Part shown: piece after piece, positions 60,001 through 62,382 of the stretch | Layout: every line of letters starts with the position of its first letter | Numbering within the stretch: the first letter of the stretch is position 1 | NCBI GenBank assembly: GCA_959599615.1 | Contig: CAUGKA010000001.1 | Span: 1 to 62,382 of the forward strand | Origin: an uncultured Collinsella sp. | Lineage (GTDB): Bacteria > Actinomycetota > Coriobacteriia > Coriobacteriales > Coriobacteriaceae | Direction: 5' to 3' | DNA: 62,382 nucleotides | Translations under genes and position numbers: made by a program | The notes under the pieces: model-generated | The model's database searches: none | What the model was told of the DNA's origin: nothing | Seen by the model: the letters and a program-made list of their open reading frames with translations, nothing else

Positions 60001-60264
60001 ATGAGTCAGAACATCGGCCAGCTCGTTGCAGAGCTGAACGCGTTGGTGTCGAAGATGGAGACGCAGCGAGGTGTGTGCGTCACGGTGGCGGACGATCTCG
60101 ATTCACTGCACGACATGCTTAACGCGGCAATGGAAGGAACAAATTCGACCGCTCAAAATGAGGCGGTTGGTCAGCTTGGAGCGGCAGCGGCAAAGCTGCT
60201 CGAAGCGGGTGGCCTTATCAGTACGGCATGCGATGTGGTCAGCACGTATGCAAGCTCGCTCTAG
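60001..60264 (+). CDS. 87-aa WXG100-like helical hairpin protein
   Basis: AAGGA RBS; two amphipathic helices around central MEG; no signal peptide. Confidence 0.65.
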   Translation: MSQNIGQLVAELNALVSKMETQRGVCVTVADDLDSLHDMLNAAMEGTNSTAQNEAVGQLGAAAAKLLEAGGLISTACDVVSTYASSL

Positions 60265-60274
60265 GCGTTTATGG

Positions 60275-61081
60275 GTGGCGCGGTGGCTCGTCTCCGCGCT
60301 TGCCGTTTTCTTGTTCGGCTTGGGAATTGTTCTGGTTGGTCGTATTGGCGTGAGAAAGGTCGTGAAATCCAGCGGAAGCAATTGCGTGCTGGCGGCTTGT
60401 GCAGATGGTGTTGGAGATGTGCTTGATATCTGCAATGCGAGAGTTGCTGACACGGTTTCAGGGGTTGTAGAGCAAGACGAATCTCGCTCTTCGTCCATCG
60501 ATGGGAGCTCGGAATTTCAGCCAAGCATTCAAGAACGGTACTACGCCGACTTGGCGCATGGGCCTAAGGGTCCTGAGTTTCAGAAGTACATCGTTTTGCA
60601 CGATACGGAGGGCGATTCTTCCCCTGAAAGTGTCATCGATTGGGGGGAGTCCAACGGCAATAAGGTAGCGGCTCATTTTGTTGTTGGAAAAGATGGGTCG
60701 ATCGTTCAATGTGTGCCTCTCGATCAAATCGCGCACCATGCCGGTTTTGGCGATGCTGGGAAGAACGAGCAGTATGGAACAATCGATGATTCGAGAGATG
60801 ACAAGGTCGGAACGTTACCGATAGGGGGAAGCTATCCCGATTACGGCATGAACTCTTATTCCGTTGGGATTGAGATGGTCCATGTTGGAGGATCGGGCAA
60901 TTACCCCGAAGAGCAGCTTATCGCTGTCGACGGTCTAATTGCGTATATCGATGAGTACTACGGGTTCAAGAGCCAGATTATCGACCACAAGGCGTGGCGG
61001 ACGGGAAATTCGGATACATCGGCGGAATTCTCATCATATCTGTCGAACTATCAAGAATATCGACGTCATGTTGATGGCTAA
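60275..61081 (+). CDS. N-acetylmuramoyl-L-alanine amidase (Amidase_2) with N-terminal TM/signal
   Basis: YIVLHDT, AHFVV..DG.I.Q.VP, HHAG, N.YSVGIEM, IIDH; start codon uncertain (GTG 60275). Confidence 0.8.
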   Translation: MARWLVSALAVFLFGLGIVLVGRIGVRKVVKSSGSNCVLAACADGVGDVLDICNARVADTVSGVVEQDESRSSSIDGSSEFQPSIQERYYADLAHGPKGPEFQKYIVLHDTEGDSSPESVIDWGESNGNKVAAHFVVGKDGSIVQCVPLDQIAHHAGFGDAGKNEQYGTIDDSRDDKVGTLPIGGSYPDYGMNSYSVGIEMVHVGGSGNYPEEQLIAVDGLIAYIDEYYGFKSQIIDHKAWRTGNSDTSAEFSSYLSNYQEYRRHVDG

Positions 61082-61104
61082 AAGACAGGTTGAAAGGGGA
61101 GACA

Positions 61105-62136
61105 GTGAAGTGTCCCAAATGCAACGCAGAGATAGAAGAGGGGACAGTTTACTGCCCCTTTTGTGCTGCGAAAGTATCTTCTGACGTGGGTCGGTCGACC
61201 ACAGAGAATGAGCGGATGCCATTCGATGTCAAGGATAATGCGAAGGGGAGGGCAGCGGCGGAGGATTCTGGCAACGAACTAGGTAAAAGAGTAATTGGGT
61301 TAATTGGCGGATTCGATTCAAATAAAATCGTGATAATTGGCCTGGTGGCCGCCATCATTGTTGGCGGCTTTTATGTTTGGAATCGATTCGGGGGCGGGCA
61401 CTCATCACCAGAATTCACTCAAACCTATCAGCATGCGATGTATAAATCGGACGCCGATGAGCTTGAGTCGGAAAACTCAGATGAAAAGGACGAGGCCGAC
61501 GACGAAGGCGCAACTGAATTAATAGTGGTATCAAATAACTCCGCCGGGTTTCCAGAGATGGTGGTGAATGTCAAGGTGACTGGCTCTTCGACAGAGGCGT
61601 TGTCGAAGCCGGAGAATTGGTCCCTGAAAGAAGCGGGTACGAACGGTGAGCAGGCTTCGACTAACCCCCGGAGTGTTGTAGTTGGTTCGGACGGAGTTTG
61701 CAAGCTCGCATATCGATCGACGCTCGGTAGCGATTCGGGTGATAGTCGTACGGTTGTCGTGTCATTTATTGATGATCAATCACATAAGGTTATGGATAGC
61801 TTTTCCTATTACTGTGATGCGAAAAGTTCGACGGTAGACGGTTACTTACTTTCTGAAAGCGACTCACGGCGTTATACCGAGGCGGAGATTAAAGAAATGG
61901 GTATGAGCACATGGGAGCTTTGCATGGCAAGAAATGAAATATATGCACGCCATGGTCGCAAGTTCAAGAATGAGAAGATTCAAGAGTATTTCGACAATAA
62001 GGATTGGTATGAAGGCATATACTCGCCTGAGGAATTTGATGCGATGACATCACCGCTTAATGATATCGAGAGGGCAAATGCCGAAACGATCCAGTCTTAC
62101 GAACGTGCTATCGGATCTGAGTTTTTAAATCCATAA
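61105..62136 (+). CDS. Zn-ribbon + TM + YARHG-domain protein
   Basis: CPKC..CPFC, one TM, ARNEIYARHGRKF..YF..WY..LN.IE..N; AAGGGG RBS before GTG. Confidence 0.88.
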   Translation: MKCPKCNAEIEEGTVYCPFCAAKVSSDVGRSTTENERMPFDVKDNAKGRAAAEDSGNELGKRVIGLIGGFDSNKIVIIGLVAAIIVGGFYVWNRFGGGHSSPEFTQTYQHAMYKSDADELESENSDEKDEADDEGATELIVVSNNSAGFPEMVVNVKVTGSSTEALSKPENWSLKEAGTNGEQASTNPRSVVVGSDGVCKLAYRSTLGSDSGDSRTVVVSFIDDQSHKVMDSFSYYCDAKSSTVDGYLLSESDSRRYTEAEIKEMGMSTWELCMARNEIYARHGRKFKNEKIQEYFDNKDWYEGIYSPEEFDAMTSPLNDIERANAETIQSYERAIGSEFLNP

Positions 62137-62164
62137 CAAAACTTGTGGCAAAGACTAGGCAGAT

Positions 62165-62203
62165 GAAGAAAACGGGCGCGAGTCCGTCTGACCCGCACCC
62201 GTT
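62165..62203 (-). terminator. Intrinsic terminator (minus strand; possibly bidirectional)
   Basis: Minus strand GGGUGCGGGUC-agacg-GACUCGCGCCC then GUUUUCUU; full pairing needs G-U wobbles available only on that strand. Confidence 0.65.
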
Positions 62204-62314
62204 CACTGGGGGCTGTTTGTATCTACCATACTATCCGTGGTCGCATACCTTGCGTTTGGCACTCCGGCGAGCGGTGCGAAACCGCTCATGGACGGCAGAT
62301 GGGTAACAAGCGTA

Positions 62315-62382
62315 TTACAGATGTTTCTCCAGCAGTGCCTGAAGTCTTGCCTTGGGTAGGGCGCCAACCGAGCGGTCGACCT
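62315..62382 (-). CDS. Thioredoxin, 3' end (truncated by window edge)
   Basis: Minus strand reads ..VDRSVGALPKARLQALLEKHL*, a typical thioredoxin C-terminus; hairpin at 62269-62287. Confidence 0.7.
   Translation of the reverse strand, partial: VDRSVGALPKARLQALLEKHL

Larger units (their letters stand above)
51665..62210. mobile_element. Lower-GC genomic island (no integrase seen)
   Basis: Abrupt shift to A/T-ending codons between hyp operon promoter and thioredoxin 3' end; boundaries approximate. Confidence 0.65.

Noticed and set aside
62200..62382. Tyrosine integrase C-terminal remnant on the minus strand
   Set aside because: Another frame gives a much better thioredoxin C-terminus with host-like codons

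Overview
High-GC actinobacterial chromosome segment, most likely Coriobacteriia (Collinsella-like; inferred from gene content and codon style, not from a database search). Positions ~1-51.6 kb are host-like. They carry an OatA-type acyltransferase, ribokinase and nucleoside hydrolase, and a LacI-isomerase-split transketolase-FGGY kinase operon. They also carry luxS, two GH1 6-phospho-beta-glucosidases, a two-sensor/one-regulator signalling unit, an SPFH/Zn-ribbon operon, and a PTS EIIBC + DUF4038 (apiosidase-like) locus. The rest are a transmembrane LuxR, mgtA, pyrE, an XRE-desulfoferrodoxin fusion, a GH106-like/GH1/EIIA locus, and nikR-hypFCDE. Intergenic DNA is full of GGGGAC-cored palindromic repeats, plus a ~150-nt element present twice with compensatory base changes. 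From ~51.7 to ~62.2 kb there is a visibly lower-GC, integrase-less island between the hyp operon and a thioredoxin gene. It carries an AAA/DUF4143 ATPase with a 23-bp tandem repeat, an XRE repressor, and a tightly packed operon. That operon runs: lidless Hsp70, J-domain(SPD)/TPR/TM protein, GrpE-like, FtsK/EccC-like ATPase, coiled-coil/TM protein, WXG100-like 87-aa protein, amidase, Zn-ribbon/YARHG protein. It is the best candidate for an undescribed system (a chaperone-coupled, type VII-like export or envelope machine). The second candidate is a split, apparently co-regulated PTS-dependent apiose/apiosyl-glucoside utilisation regulon. No rRNA, tRNA, CRISPR array or transposase was recognised.
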